Of a DNA stretch of 64,000 nucleotides, positions 10,122 to 19,370 are shown piece by piece. The stretch is from Pseudomonadota bacterium. Lineage in GTDB: Bacteria > UBA10199 > 2-02-FULL-44-16 > JBDRGF01. Within the stretch, counting starts at the first letter, position 1. Each line of letters begins with the position of its first letter. The stretch is taken from assembly GCA_043818055.1 (NCBI GenBank), contig JBDRGF010000141.1:1-64000 (forward strand), in the 5' to 3' direction. Below the pieces are notes generated by a model that saw only the letters and a program-made list of their open reading frames with translations, searched no databases and was not told where the DNA came from. The position numbers and the translations under genes were made by a program.

Positions 10122-10138
10122 AGCAAATAGCGTGCCAA
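10122..10138 (-). promoter_or_regulatory. sigma54 -24/-12 promoter
   Basis: Minus strand TTGGCACGCTATTTGCT is a near-perfect consensus. Upstream palindrome GTGTTCAAAATTTTGACAC at 10217-10235. Confidence 0.8.
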
Positions 10139-10334
10139 TTTTACACGGATTCTAACTAATGGATATTATTAGGATACTATGATTTGTTCTTGGTGATATC
10201 GTAAATACTAACCCATGTGTTCAAAATTTTGACACATAAAAATGACGGAATTCAAAATTGGATGAAATAATTTGGGAGAGTTTGTAAAGGTATCAAAAAT
10301 TGAATGTTTGAAAGATACAATGGTTACTTGATTG

Positions 10335-10442
10335 GCCTGCCGAGCCGTAGCTCATTTGTTCCTTGTTGCTGTTTAGCCCGCCTACGCTTGAAAGCTTCGG
10401 CGGCGGCAGCCTTCGCTCCTAACTAAAGTTAGGAGCGAAGGC

Positions 10443-10444
<2 letters not shown>
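10335..10444 (-). repeat. Structured multi-hairpin element directly 3' of tRNA-Ala
   Basis: Perfect 18-bp IR at 10407-10424/10427-10444, plus a CCGCC-tac-GCT-tgaa-AGC-ttc-GGCGG hairpin and a further GCCGTAGC half-unit. Confidence 0.7.
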
Positions 10445-10518
<74 letters not shown>

Positions 10519-10557
10519 ATGAAAACCAGCATGTACTACTTAGTATGTGTCATGTAG

Positions 10558-12246
10558 TCAAATCTTTTTTAATCCCGCTTCCAATTTTTTCATCATCTCG
10601 CTTTTAATTTTTTCAGCAAGTTGCGCCGCTTCACCGAGATATTTTACAGCTTCATCTTTTGTTTTCTTTACCCACTTCTTATCATCGATGCTGGCGAGAT
10701 TGATCATCACATTATAATATGCACCATTAGCAGCGGCCTCTGCCGTTAAAGCCGCAACGCCTGAGTCGGAGAGGGAATTCGGATTTCCCTTTTCAACGAC
10801 TTCAAGGGCTAATTTCAGAGATGGAATAGTTCTTTTTAGCGTGTTGAGCGGTACCAAAGTCGCGTTTTTTGTCGCCTCCTGAATGGCGCTAGCCCTTTTT
10901 GCCTTCTGTTCATCCGTTCCCTTAGGCATAGAGAATGAATCCATCACCTTGTTGAATGCGAATGTATCGTCATCAATCGCCTCTAACTGCTCCTTCAGGA
11001 TCTTTTGTGCCTCCATACCTGCCTTTTCCATCTCAGGCTTGACCTTTTCAAAACCCTTCTTGTCGAATGTTAGTGAGGCGACCATCGAACTCAAAGCAGT
11101 GGAGAGCGCACCAGAGAGGGCTGCGACAGAACCGCCGCCTGGGGCAGGGGAGTTGGAGCTGAGCTCGGCGCAAAATTTCTCACATGTCATCGCTATCAAT
11201 GGACGATTCATTTCAAACCTTCTTTCTATAATTTTTTCTTTTGGATCAAAAGGAGCTACGTCGTTCAGTCCCAGCGTGATCATCGCGTTTCTTATGATCT
11301 CTTCTTCTGTTACGCCGCGTGTTGAACCCTGTTTTTTCAAAAAGTAGAGCCCCGCCTCTGTCATCACCTGTTTTGGCACCATCCCAACAATTTCACTTCC
11401 AGTCACCCTGCATCCGAGGTTCGTGGCAAGCTCGCAGCACTTGTCATAGACGAGGTGCAAAGGTGTCTCATCGATATCGAGGATGTTCATCGTTACTTGT
11501 GCGCGGTTGTATTCGGGGATGAGCCAGCCTGTCGCCTGGACATGTTTGAAAAGCCCCGGTTCACGTTCTTTTTTGCCATCCTGACCGATTACGGTATTTC
11601 CATCGGCATCCTTTTTGAGCCTTCCGTTCTCACGGATGGTGAATGCTATCTCCTTGGCAAGCTTTGTGTTAGTGCTGTTGAGATTTATATTATAAGCGAT
11701 CAGGAATTTGCGGGCGCCGGTTGTGATGACCCCAGCCTTCGGGCGAAACTCTGCCGGGCCGAAATCGGGTTTCCACTCAGGCTTTTTTAGCTTCTCTTCC
11801 AACGCCTCATATTCACCGACCCGGATGTCCGGCATCTTTTTACGTTCGGGAATTTGCGCCGCTTCTGCATACAGATAAACAGGAATGTCGAGCTCCTCGC
11901 CGACCCTTTTGCCCAGCCTTTTAGCGAGTTCAACACATTCATCCATAGTAACGTTTGACACCGGCACGAAGGGACAGACATCACACGCACCCTGACGGGC
12001 ATGTTCCCCCTTGTGATGGCGCATGTCGATTAGCTCACATCCTTTTTTGATAGCCTGAAAGGCTGCTTCAAGGACGACTTCAGGACTTCCAGCAAATGTG
12101 AAGACAGTGCGATTGGTCGCCTTTCCCGGATCGACATCGAGAAGCGCAACTCCATTTACGGATTTTACAGCATCCGCTATAGCATCAATTACATTTTGAT
12201 CGCACCCCTCACTAAAATTCGGAACGCATTCGACAATTTTAATCAT
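10558..12246 (-). CDS. ftcd: Bifunctional glutamate formiminotransferase / formiminotetrahydrofolate cyclodeaminase
   Basis: KIVECVPNFSEG, NRTVFT, H.GEH.R.GACDVCPFVP, GARKFLIAYN; C-terminal SPAPGGGSVAA cyclodeaminase domain. Confidence 0.95.
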   Translation of the reverse strand: MIKIVECVPNFSEGCDQNVIDAIADAVKSVNGVALLDVDPGKATNRTVFTFAGSPEVVLEAAFQAIKKGCELIDMRHHKGEHARQGACDVCPFVPVSNVTMDECVELAKRLGKRVGEELDIPVYLYAEAAQIPERKKMPDIRVGEYEALEEKLKKPEWKPDFGPAEFRPKAGVITTGARKFLIAYNINLNSTNTKLAKEIAFTIRENGRLKKDADGNTVIGQDGKKEREPGLFKHVQATGWLIPEYNRAQVTMNILDIDETPLHLVYDKCCELATNLGCRVTGSEIVGMVPKQVMTEAGLYFLKKQGSTRGVTEEEIIRNAMITLGLNDVAPFDPKEKIIERRFEMNRPLIAMTCEKFCAELSSNSPAPGGGSVAALSGALSTALSSMVASLTFDKKGFEKVKPEMEKAGMEAQKILKEQLEAIDDDTFAFNKVMDSFSMPKGTDEQKAKRASAIQEATKNATLVPLNTLKRTIPSLKLALEVVEKGNPNSLSDSGVAALTAEAAANGAYYNVMINLASIDDKKWVKKTKDEAVKYLGEAAQLAEKIKSEMMKKLEAGLKKI

Positions 12247-12357
12247 AAGTGCCGGTAATTTACGATGCAAATCTCTTTAGGTCAACTAAAAGACAAATTC
12301 ATCAGCCTGTTTGCTTGCAAAACCCTTCAATTTCCTGCTATACGACACCGCTTCGTT

Positions 12358-13377
12358 ATGAATACCAAATCGAACATATACGACCTCAAACTGTCCGATT
12401 TTCCTGCTGTTGTAGAGGATCTTGGGCTCAAAAAATATGCTGCAAACCAGATTATATCATGGTTGTACAAGAAACGTGTATCCGGCTTTGATGAGATGAC
12501 CAATCTTACGAAGGCTGTTCGTGAAACGTTAAATCAAAAATTTACATGTGAGGCTCTAAAAATTGATAAAACTTTAGAAGCCAAAGATGGTACGAAAAAG
12601 TATCGTTTTAAGCTTAGCGATGGGGAGTTGATCGAAGCGGTAGATATGCCTATGGAGAAGCGACGGACGGTTTGCATATCAACTCAGGTTGGGTGTGCTA
12701 TGAATTGTGCAGTTTGTAGAACCGCGACGCTTGGGCTTAAAAGAAATCTCACGCAGGGTGAGATTGTCGGACAGCTGCTGACCATTATGAATCAGAATGC
12801 AACCCCTGTGACAAATGTCGTTCTCATGGGGATGGGCGAGCCGCTTGCTAATTACGAAGCTGTCAAAGGTGCGGTTGAGATTATGATCGACACCAGGGCG
12901 ATAGAGATGTCGTACAGAAGGGTCACTCTTTCCACCTGTGGACTTATTCCGGAGCTTAAGCGATTTGTTAATGATCTGCCTGTCATGATCGCGATATCGC
13001 TATCCGCAACGACTGATGAGGTCAGGTCAAAGATAATGCCGATTAACAAAAAATATTCCATCGCGAAAATAATGGAATTTTGCAGAGAGCACTCGAAGGA
13101 TTCGAAAAATCGTATCACTATTGAATATGTGCTCATCGGGGATGTCAACGATTCAAAGGAGGATGCTGCGCGTCTCGTGAAGCTTCTTCGTGGTGTAAAA
13201 GCGAAGATCAACCTGATACCCTTCAATTCGTTCGAAGGATGCGAATATAAATCTCCCTCTGAAGAAATAGTTGATTTTTGGTACAGATTTTTGCATGAGA
13301 AGGGGATTCAAACTAATGTGAGGGTGAGTCGCGGTCACGAAATCATGGCGGCGTGTGGACAATTAATCAGTGTTTAA
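12358..13377 (+). CDS. rlmN: 23S rRNA m2A2503 / tRNA methyltransferase (radical SAM)
   Basis: CISTQVGCAMNCAVC, MGMGEPLAN, KINLIPFN, AACGQL. Confidence 0.95.
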   Translation: MNTKSNIYDLKLSDFPAVVEDLGLKKYAANQIISWLYKKRVSGFDEMTNLTKAVRETLNQKFTCEALKIDKTLEAKDGTKKYRFKLSDGELIEAVDMPMEKRRTVCISTQVGCAMNCAVCRTATLGLKRNLTQGEIVGQLLTIMNQNATPVTNVVLMGMGEPLANYEAVKGAVEIMIDTRAIEMSYRRVTLSTCGLIPELKRFVNDLPVMIAISLSATTDEVRSKIMPINKKYSIAKIMEFCREHSKDSKNRITIEYVLIGDVNDSKEDAARLVKLLRGVKAKINLIPFNSFEGCEYKSPSEEIVDFWYRFLHEKGIQTNVRVSRGHEIMAACGQLISV

Positions 13378-13396
13378 GTGTAGAAGTGTTTGAGTT

Positions 13397-14269
13397 ATGG
13401 AGGAAAAGAACATGACAAAAATTGGGATTATTGGTGGGTCCGGGCTTTATGATATGGATGGGTTGGAGGTTGTGGAGGAGAGGAGTGTTGAGACTCCTTT
13501 TGGTTCTCCAAGCGATAAGCTGATCTTTGGGAAATATAATGGGATAGAGATTGTTTTTTTGGCAAGGCATGGCAGAGGTCATGTGTTGGCGCCTCATGAG
13601 ATTAACTACCGGGCGAACATCTACGCGATGAAGAGCGTTGGTGTTGAAGTGATAATTGCGGTCTCCGCTGTCGGTTCTATGAAAGAGAATATCAAGCCGG
13701 GTGACCTGGTTATAATAGATCAGTTTATTGACAGGACGAAGATGCGCCATCAGACCTTTTTTGAGAATGGCATCGTTGCGCATGTCTCCTTTGCCGACCC
13801 CATATGTGAAACCTTGAGACAAAAGTTGCTCTCCCTTGCGAAGGGATTAAAAACAAAAGTGCACGATGGTGGAAGTTACGTCTGTATAGAGGGCCCGATG
13901 TTTTCATCGAGAGCAGAGTCTAATATCTTTCGATCCTGGGGATGCTCTGTGATAGGCATGACAGGTTATCAGGAGGCAAGGTTAGCACGGGAGGCGGAGA
14001 TCTGCTATGTCGCTATCAGCATGTCGACAGACTACGATTGCTGGCATGAGGGTGAGGAGGATGTGGATGTGTTGAGTGTTGTAGAGGTGATGAAAAATAA
14101 TGTGGAAAAGGCAAAGACGCTCATCAAAGCTCTTTTACACGATATGCCAGACTTGAGTTCATGCCATTGTAGAAAGGCTTTGGAGCATGCGATCATGATG
14201 GATAAAAAATTAATCCCGGATGAGACAAAGCAAAGATTGAAACCGATAATCGGAAAATACGTAAAATAG
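13397..14269 (+). CDS. mtnP: S-methyl-5'-thioadenosine phosphorylase
   Basis: IGIIGGSGLY, FLARHG, INYRANI, EGPMFSSRAES, VIGMT, TDYDCW. Confidence 0.93.
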   Translation: MEEKNMTKIGIIGGSGLYDMDGLEVVEERSVETPFGSPSDKLIFGKYNGIEIVFLARHGRGHVLAPHEINYRANIYAMKSVGVEVIIAVSAVGSMKENIKPGDLVIIDQFIDRTKMRHQTFFENGIVAHVSFADPICETLRQKLLSLAKGLKTKVHDGGSYVCIEGPMFSSRAESNIFRSWGCSVIGMTGYQEARLAREAEICYVAISMSTDYDCWHEGEEDVDVLSVVEVMKNNVEKAKTLIKALLHDMPDLSSCHCRKALEHAIMMDKKLIPDETKQRLKPIIGKYVK

Positions 14270-14277
14270 GGGGGCTT

Positions 14278-15261
14278 ATGTCTAAAACTTTCGATGTGAT
14301 TGGATTTGGAAATGCGCTTGTCGATGTGCTGACACAAGTGGATGACGATTTTCTTGCAGCAGAGAAGATTGAAAAGGGGAGGATGATTCTAGTCGATAAG
14401 GAGAGGGCGGAACATATCCATAAAAAAATTGTGCCGGTTCATTCCGAGAGCGGTGGGAGCGTGGCAAACACGACTGTCGTAGTCGCGTCACTTGGCGGCA
14501 AGGCTTCGTATGTCGGCAAGGTGATGGATGATGATCTTGGAAAGATTTTTACGGAGGATATGTGGAATCACGGTGTTCATTATACAACGGTTCCCTCAAA
14601 TGGTCCTCATCCGACAGGCAGATGCGTTTCATTTGTCACAAAGGATGCCCAGCGCACGTTCAATACATATCTGGGTGCCTGTCACGCCCTCGATGCTGAG
14701 GATGTGGATGAGGATCACATCTCTGATGCGGAAATCATATATATAGAGGGATATCTATGGGATCTCGAAGCACCACGGCAGGCCGCTGTGAGAGCGATTG
14801 ATATCGCAAAGCAAAGTGACGTGAAAGTTGCTTTCAATCTTTCCGATTCCTTTTGCGTCGATCGTTACAGAGGTGATTTTCTCGGTCTGGTTAAGGATAA
14901 GATCGACATTTTGATCTGCAACGACTCGGAGATTGCTGCTCTCTATCAGACAAACACATACGAAGATGCGATGCCTCAGTTGCTAAGAGATTGCAAGTCT
15001 GGCGCAGTCACGCTCGGGAGCGATGGTGCAATCCTGATCTCGGCTAATAAAGCTCACAGGATCAAAGCTATGGATGTGAATGAAGTTGTCGATACGACAG
15101 GGGCAGGGGATGCCTTTGCAGCCGGTTTTTTATATGGCATAGCCAGAGGAATCGAGATTGAGGATGCGGGAAGATGGGGTGCCGCTGCAGCTGCTGAGAT
15201 CATCAAATATTACGGACCCAAGCCAAAGCAGCCATTGCAGAAAGTTGTCATAGGGGATTGA
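14278..15261 (+). CDS. PfkB-family sugar kinase, adenosine kinase-like
   Basis: GNALVD, SGGSVANT, QRTFNTYLGA, YIEGYLWD, DTTGAGDAFAAG. Confidence 0.88.
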   Translation: MSKTFDVIGFGNALVDVLTQVDDDFLAAEKIEKGRMILVDKERAEHIHKKIVPVHSESGGSVANTTVVVASLGGKASYVGKVMDDDLGKIFTEDMWNHGVHYTTVPSNGPHPTGRCVSFVTKDAQRTFNTYLGACHALDAEDVDEDHISDAEIIYIEGYLWDLEAPRQAAVRAIDIAKQSDVKVAFNLSDSFCVDRYRGDFLGLVKDKIDILICNDSEIAALYQTNTYEDAMPQLLRDCKSGAVTLGSDGAILISANKAHRIKAMDVNEVVDTTGAGDAFAAGFLYGIARGIEIEDAGRWGAAAAAEIIKYYGPKPKQPLQKVVIGD

Positions 15262-15303
15262 CTTTCCCATTTTTGAGCTTATCTTAAGGTGCAAATAACT
15301 TGT

Positions 15304-15346
15304 GTAGGGGCGGTTCGTCTGCCAGAGGCAGACAAGCGAACCGCCC
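15304..15346 (+). repeat. GTAG-type REP palindrome carrying a nested 19-bp hairpin insertion
   Basis: GTAG-GGGCGGTTCG-[TCTGCCAGAGGCAGACAAG]-CGAACCGCCC; an uninterrupted copy is at 16537-16560. Confidence 0.8.
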
Positions 15347-15362
15347 ATTGAGGAACATATTT

Positions 15363-15797
15363 ATGGTTATCTACGATCTCATATGCATCAACGGTCATCA
15401 GTTTGAGGGGTGGTTTGCGAACATCAACGCCTTCGAGGCACAGTCGGAAGAACAAATGATCAGCTGTTCCATCTGTGGCGAGACTGAAGTGAAGAGGGTG
15501 CTTGCCGGCAAACACAGTCTGAAACGCAAACCTGCCGGATCAGAGACTTGCAAAGTTGATCTAAAAAACGCCAGGGTCGACCCGGAAGTTTTTATGAGGG
15601 CGTTACAGCACTATGTTAAAGCCAGTGGTGATGATGTAGGTGATGATTTTGTTGATGAGGCTATTAAGATACATAGAGGTGAAACAGATCTTCGCAATAT
15701 CTACGGCACAGCGACGGATGATGGAAAGGAAGAACTCGATTCCGAAGGAATCGATTATTTTTCGTTGCTCAAATTGCCGGAGGAATCGAATAATTGA
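15363..15797 (+). CDS. DUF1178 family protein
   Basis: MVIYDLIC.NGH.FEGWF, CxxCG, DVG..F..EA.KIH.GE...RNIYG.A. Confidence 0.88.
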   Translation: MVIYDLICINGHQFEGWFANINAFEAQSEEQMISCSICGETEVKRVLAGKHSLKRKPAGSETCKVDLKNARVDPEVFMRALQHYVKASGDDVGDDFVDEAIKIHRGETDLRNIYGTATDDGKEELDSEGIDYFSLLKLPEESNN

Positions 15798-16516
15798 AGT
15801 GTAAAACCGAGTCTATCGTTTTACGAAAATTCCCTTATGGGGAATCCGATCTCATCATCACCCTTTTCTCTAAAACTCACGGAAAGATCAAAGGCTTCGC
15901 AAAATCGGGACGCGTCTCGAAGAAGCGTTTCAACAACTCTTTTCAAGTAGGCGCTCAGCTGCAAGTCATGTTCAACGAAAATCCCAGATCCCAGATGGTC
16001 TCCCTTCTCGAGGCCATTCCCATAAAAAAATATTCATCGGCATTCACTCTCGATTCGATCGCTAATATGATGAGGATCCTGGAGCTGGCCGACAAATTTT
16101 TGGCTGAAGGGGAGGCTTCAGTTGAGAAATATGCCCTTATGGAAAAGGCCCTGGACGGTATCACCTCTAATCAATTTGGAAAAACCGATCTGTTAAAGTT
16201 TCAGTTTGACTGGCTTATAAAGTGCGGTTTTTCGCCATGTTTCGATTCGTGTGTGCTTTGCCGGATTCCATTAAAGAGTAAGGCGGAGTGGTTTTTTTCA
16301 AGCCCCCTTGGAGGGGTCACATGCTCATCCTGCAGGACACAAGAGGGCTCGCAATTATCATCAGAATCTGTTAAACTCTTCACACATATTGGCAGAGAGC
16401 CTTTTGATTGCGACGATCACCTTTGTGCCGAGCTGGATCATCTTTTGAGCGGTTACGCGGAATATGTCCTTGGTCAGGAATTGAAAGCGAGAAGGCTCTC
16501 TAATGAGCTTATTTAA
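15794..16516 (+). CDS. recO: DNA repair protein RecO
   Basis: IVLRKFPYGESDLII.LFS...GKI...AK..R.SKKRF; CxxC...CxxC zinc finger. Confidence 0.92.
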   Translation: MKCKTESIVLRKFPYGESDLIITLFSKTHGKIKGFAKSGRVSKKRFNNSFQVGAQLQVMFNENPRSQMVSLLEAIPIKKYSSAFTLDSIANMMRILELADKFLAEGEASVEKYALMEKALDGITSNQFGKTDLLKFQFDWLIKCGFSPCFDSCVLCRIPLKSKAEWFFSSPLGGVTCSSCRTQEGSQLSSESVKLFTHIGREPFDCDDHLCAELDHLLSGYAEYVLGQELKARRLSNELI

Positions 16517-16536
16517 TATTGTAGCTGGCGGTTATT

Positions 16537-16560
16537 GTAGGGGCGGTTCGCGAACCGCCC
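16537..16560 (+). repeat. GTAG-type REP palindrome
   Basis: GTAG followed by the perfect 20-bp palindrome GGGCGGTTCGCGAACCGCCC. Confidence 0.8.
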
Positions 16561-16593
16561 TTTCCAACCAGCGACCAGCGACGTGGTTTAATT

Positions 16594-17409
16594 ATGCGAT
16601 TACCCGGTGCATACAAATATCTTTTCGATAACAGGGAGCGGCTGACCACTCCTATCATCCTATCACTGCTCATCCATCTTATGCTCTTTTCAGCTGTCAT
16701 ATCCTGGACATATTTTTTCGCGCGCGAAAAACCAAAACCCGAAATTGTCGAAGTGATTCCGCTCGAGGATGACAGCGTCTATCAACTCGCAGATATAGAG
16801 CCGCCAAAGGTCGAGAAGCGACCTTTGAAATCGAAGCTCGCCGGCATGTACGACAGCACTGTTGAAAAGGAGACGGTATTTTTAACAAGAAAAAAAATAA
16901 AGGGTGAGGGAGAGGGTACGAAGCAGGGAGATGGTTTTATTGGTGAAGATAAAATAAAAAGAGATGTTTTTAGATCACAACTTGGTAATATCGTGATGAA
17001 AAATACTCCAGGATCTTATGGAATGTCCTCTACTATAGAGGATTTCTTTCCCGATTTTCATGTCGGTTCAAAGACATATCTCAATGTAAAGAAGTTTGAG
17101 GATGTGTCATATTTTGTACGCATGTCAAGAGTTATTAGAATGACTTGGAATCCTTTTCCATCTGTGAAAAATGCATTAAGTCTTGGAAAGGTTAATATGG
17201 TAAAGATAGTAACTGTAGTGGCAGTAGGTATCGGAGAAACTGGGGAGCTCGATGAACTCTTTGTAATAAAAAAATCAGGAATTCCCGAATACGATCAGGA
17301 GATATTGCGCACTATGAGGGCATCCTCCCCATTCGTCACCCCGCCGAAGAACTTCACTGAGGATGACGGAAAGCTTAGATTGTTATATTCGTTTATTTGC
17401 TATCTGTAG
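16594..17409 (+). CDS. TonB/TolA-like protein (N-terminal TM, C-terminal TonB_2-like domain)
   Basis: TM with SLLIH motif; C-terminal YF.RM...I...W...G.L....V..KSG...YD......ASSPF..PP. Confidence 0.75.
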   Translation: MRLPGAYKYLFDNRERLTTPIILSLLIHLMLFSAVISWTYFFAREKPKPEIVEVIPLEDDSVYQLADIEPPKVEKRPLKSKLAGMYDSTVEKETVFLTRKKIKGEGEGTKQGDGFIGEDKIKRDVFRSQLGNIVMKNTPGSYGMSSTIEDFFPDFHVGSKTYLNVKKFEDVSYFVRMSRVIRMTWNPFPSVKNALSLGKVNMVKIVTVVAVGIGETGELDELFVIKKSGIPEYDQEILRTMRASSPFVTPPKNFTEDDGKLRLLYSFICYL

Positions 17410-17436
17410 CAGTTTTGAAAGTTTTAGGAGTTTAAA

Positions 17437-18432
17437 TCAAAAACATGTTTTAATCTGGAAATTTTCTCCATCACTTTCGATCTCGATATTCCCACAAATT
17501 TTAATCCTCTCATCACCACTCGAAATTGTTCCGCCCTCTGTCATATAAATTGTATCAACTTTAGCAAGTAGCCTCTCTATCACATCGGAATGAGGATGAT
17601 TGAAATCATTTCCGTCACCAACCGAGATCAGCGCAATATCAGGATCGATCTCCTTTAGGAATTCTTCATTTGAACTCGTGTGACTGCCATGATGTGAGAC
17701 CTTCAGTATATCTACCTTGCCGACTCGCTTTCCTAGCGCGGTCTCAACATCTGGTGTGTCGTATGGCGGCGTGCCACCGCCGCCCGTCAGATCTCCTGCC
17801 GTGAAGAGTTTTACAGCTCCATGTGTCAGGAGTATTGCAACACTGGCTGCGTTTTCGTCGAAAGACTGATTTTCGATCTTTGCCCCGCCCTCGATTTGAG
17901 CATTCGCAGCCACGACCTCCAGATGATAAGACCCAAGAGCGATGATGTCGCCGGTATGCACGCTCTTCCGGTATCTGGCAGTAACCTGTTTGTAGATCTG
18001 ATACATCGTTTCCTCTGGTTCATTTTCTCCTCCTCTGTCAAATATTCCCTTCTCAGGGATGATATCGTCCTCGGTGCCCGACACTCCATCTTCACCAAGA
18101 AGAATTTCGTTTAGGCCTCCTATATGATCGTTATGATAATGTGTGATTATGATTGCGCTCAATTTTCTGATGTTATGTGCTCTCAGATATGGAAGGATTA
18201 TGGATTTTCCAGCCCCAGGAGGACCGGCATCGATGAGGGCGGTATTCCCAAATTCATCCCTTACAACTATCGCATCCCCCTGACCGACATCCAAAACCGT
18301 TACGGTGACTTTGCCAGTGCTTTCCTTTCCGACGTTTTGGGATTCATTGATATGTCGTTTAAATGAAATTTCATCACCACAGCCTGCAAGAATTAAGATG
18401 ATCATCATAATAAATGTAATTTTTCTCTTCAT
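17437..18432 (-). CDS. ComEC/Rec2-type metallo-beta-lactamase-fold hydrolase, lipoprotein without the ComEC channel domain
   Basis: Lipobox LAGC; LDVGQGDA, LIDAG, THYHNDHIGG, ENAAS, GDL, KVSHHGS, ISVG.GN.FNHP. Confidence 0.88.
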   Translation of the reverse strand: MKRKITFIMMIILILAGCGDEISFKRHINESQNVGKESTGKVTVTVLDVGQGDAIVVRDEFGNTALIDAGPPGAGKSIILPYLRAHNIRKLSAIIITHYHNDHIGGLNEILLGEDGVSGTEDDIIPEKGIFDRGGENEPEETMYQIYKQVTARYRKSVHTGDIIALGSYHLEVVAANAQIEGGAKIENQSFDENAASVAILLTHGAVKLFTAGDLTGGGGTPPYDTPDVETALGKRVGKVDILKVSHHGSHTSSNEEFLKEIDPDIALISVGDGNDFNHPHSDVIERLLAKVDTIYMTEGGTISSGDERIKICGNIEIESDGENFQIKTCF

Positions 18433-18446
18433 GTCAGAAAGCCATT

Positions 18447-18463
18447 AGCAATTTCCGTGCCGA
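18447..18463 (-). promoter_or_regulatory. sigma54 promoter of the ComEC-like gene
   Basis: Minus strand TCGGCACGGAAATTGCT (GG-N10-GC); ATG lies 15 nt after the GC. Confidence 0.72.
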
Positions 18464-18503
18464 ATTTACAAAAGAGCACAAAAAAATATTTTTTTACTCC
18501 TTG

Positions 18504-18581
18504 TGTCATCCTCTCGTAGGCGGGGATCCAGTATTAATGGTCTTTTCCCAAATCTGGATCCCTGCCTGCGCAGGGATGACA
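18504..18581. repeat. Palindromic miniature repeat (GTCATCC...GGGGATCCAG / CTGGATCCC...GGATGAC)
   Basis: Imperfect arms of about 28 bp (TGTCATCCTCTCGTAGGCGGGGATCCAG and CTGGATCCCTGCCTGCGCAGGGATGACA) around an AT-rich spacer. Confidence 0.75.
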
Positions 18582-18625
18582 TGCGGAGAGTGTAGGCTTA
18601 TATTTAAGCCTCTAAAAATTCCCGA

Positions 18626-18681
18626 GTGTCCGAAAATCGGACACATGAGTCCGACGATTCGGACGTTTTGCTCCGTCTGAA
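18626..18681. promoter_or_regulatory. Candidate sigma54 enhancer (UAS) palindromes plus a GCTCCGTCTGAA motif shared with the transposase ends
   Basis: GTGTCCGAAAATCGGACAC (18626-18644), a second GTCCGA..TCGGAC copy, and TTTTGCTCCGTCTGAA (18666-18681). Confidence 0.65.
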
Positions 18682-18715
18682 CTCAATAAATCATTGAAAT
18701 ATCGTACTCTCAGTT

Positions 18716-18732
18716 TTGGCATCCTTATTGCA
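18716..18732 (+). promoter_or_regulatory. sigma54 promoter of the 18747 operon
   Basis: TTGGCATCCTTATTGCA (GG-N10-GC), with an IHF-like site (TTTCAATGATTTA on the minus strand) just upstream. Confidence 0.72.
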
Positions 18733-18746
18733 TTGTCGGGTCGGCA

Positions 18747-19370
18747 ATGAAGAAGATAATTTATTCAATAATATTTTTATCACTTTTTGGATCGCAGTCT
18801 TCATATGCCATCGAGCCCGAAGTCGGCGAGGTCTATCGGGTTGCGCTCGCTCAATCGGGCTTGCAGGAGGCCTTTGCAGATAAATGGCAAAAGCGCGCGC
18901 GTCGCTCTTCGCTACTGCCGCAGCTGCAGATCGGTTTTGTGAATCGCATCGCCAACAACGTCGATGTCGATGTAAATGAAAATGTCTATGTGGGAAGCTC
19001 GACCGTCAACGTCGGCCCTGAAGAGGGTGGCCTTAGCGAGTCATCCGATCTCAAACGCGATTTTGTGGTGAAGGCCGTCTGGAATCTCTCAGAGCTGATC
19101 CACTCCCGCTACGAGCTTGGAATTGTGAGGGAGAGGCGAAGTCTGATGCAGGCGAAGGATCAGCTGCTCGATCGTGTGACGCACGCCTATTATGAACGCC
19201 AGAGGGTGATTAAAAACATCAAACTCATAAAGAATGGAATCTATAAACTCAAAGATCCGGATACGAAGGCGCAGCTTCTTGTCGAGTTAGAAGCTAAAAT
19301 CGGTGAAGCGACATCTATTCTGGATGGGATGACAAACGGTTGGTTCAACCAAAAACTAATGGAGAAATGA
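18747..19370 (+). CDS. Secreted hypothetical protein resembling half of an outer-membrane efflux (TolC-like) repeat
   Basis: Signal peptide; AR.S.LLPQL.I then a beta hairpin, W.L..LI, V..AYYER helix. The TolC similarity is a pattern judgement only. Confidence 0.55.
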   Translation: MKKIIYSIIFLSLFGSQSSYAIEPEVGEVYRVALAQSGLQEAFADKWQKRARRSSLLPQLQIGFVNRIANNVDVDVNENVYVGSSTVNVGPEEGGLSESSDLKRDFVVKAVWNLSELIHSRYELGIVRERRSLMQAKDQLLDRVTHAYYERQRVIKNIKLIKNGIYKLKDPDTKAQLLVELEAKIGEATSILDGMTNGWFNQKLMEK

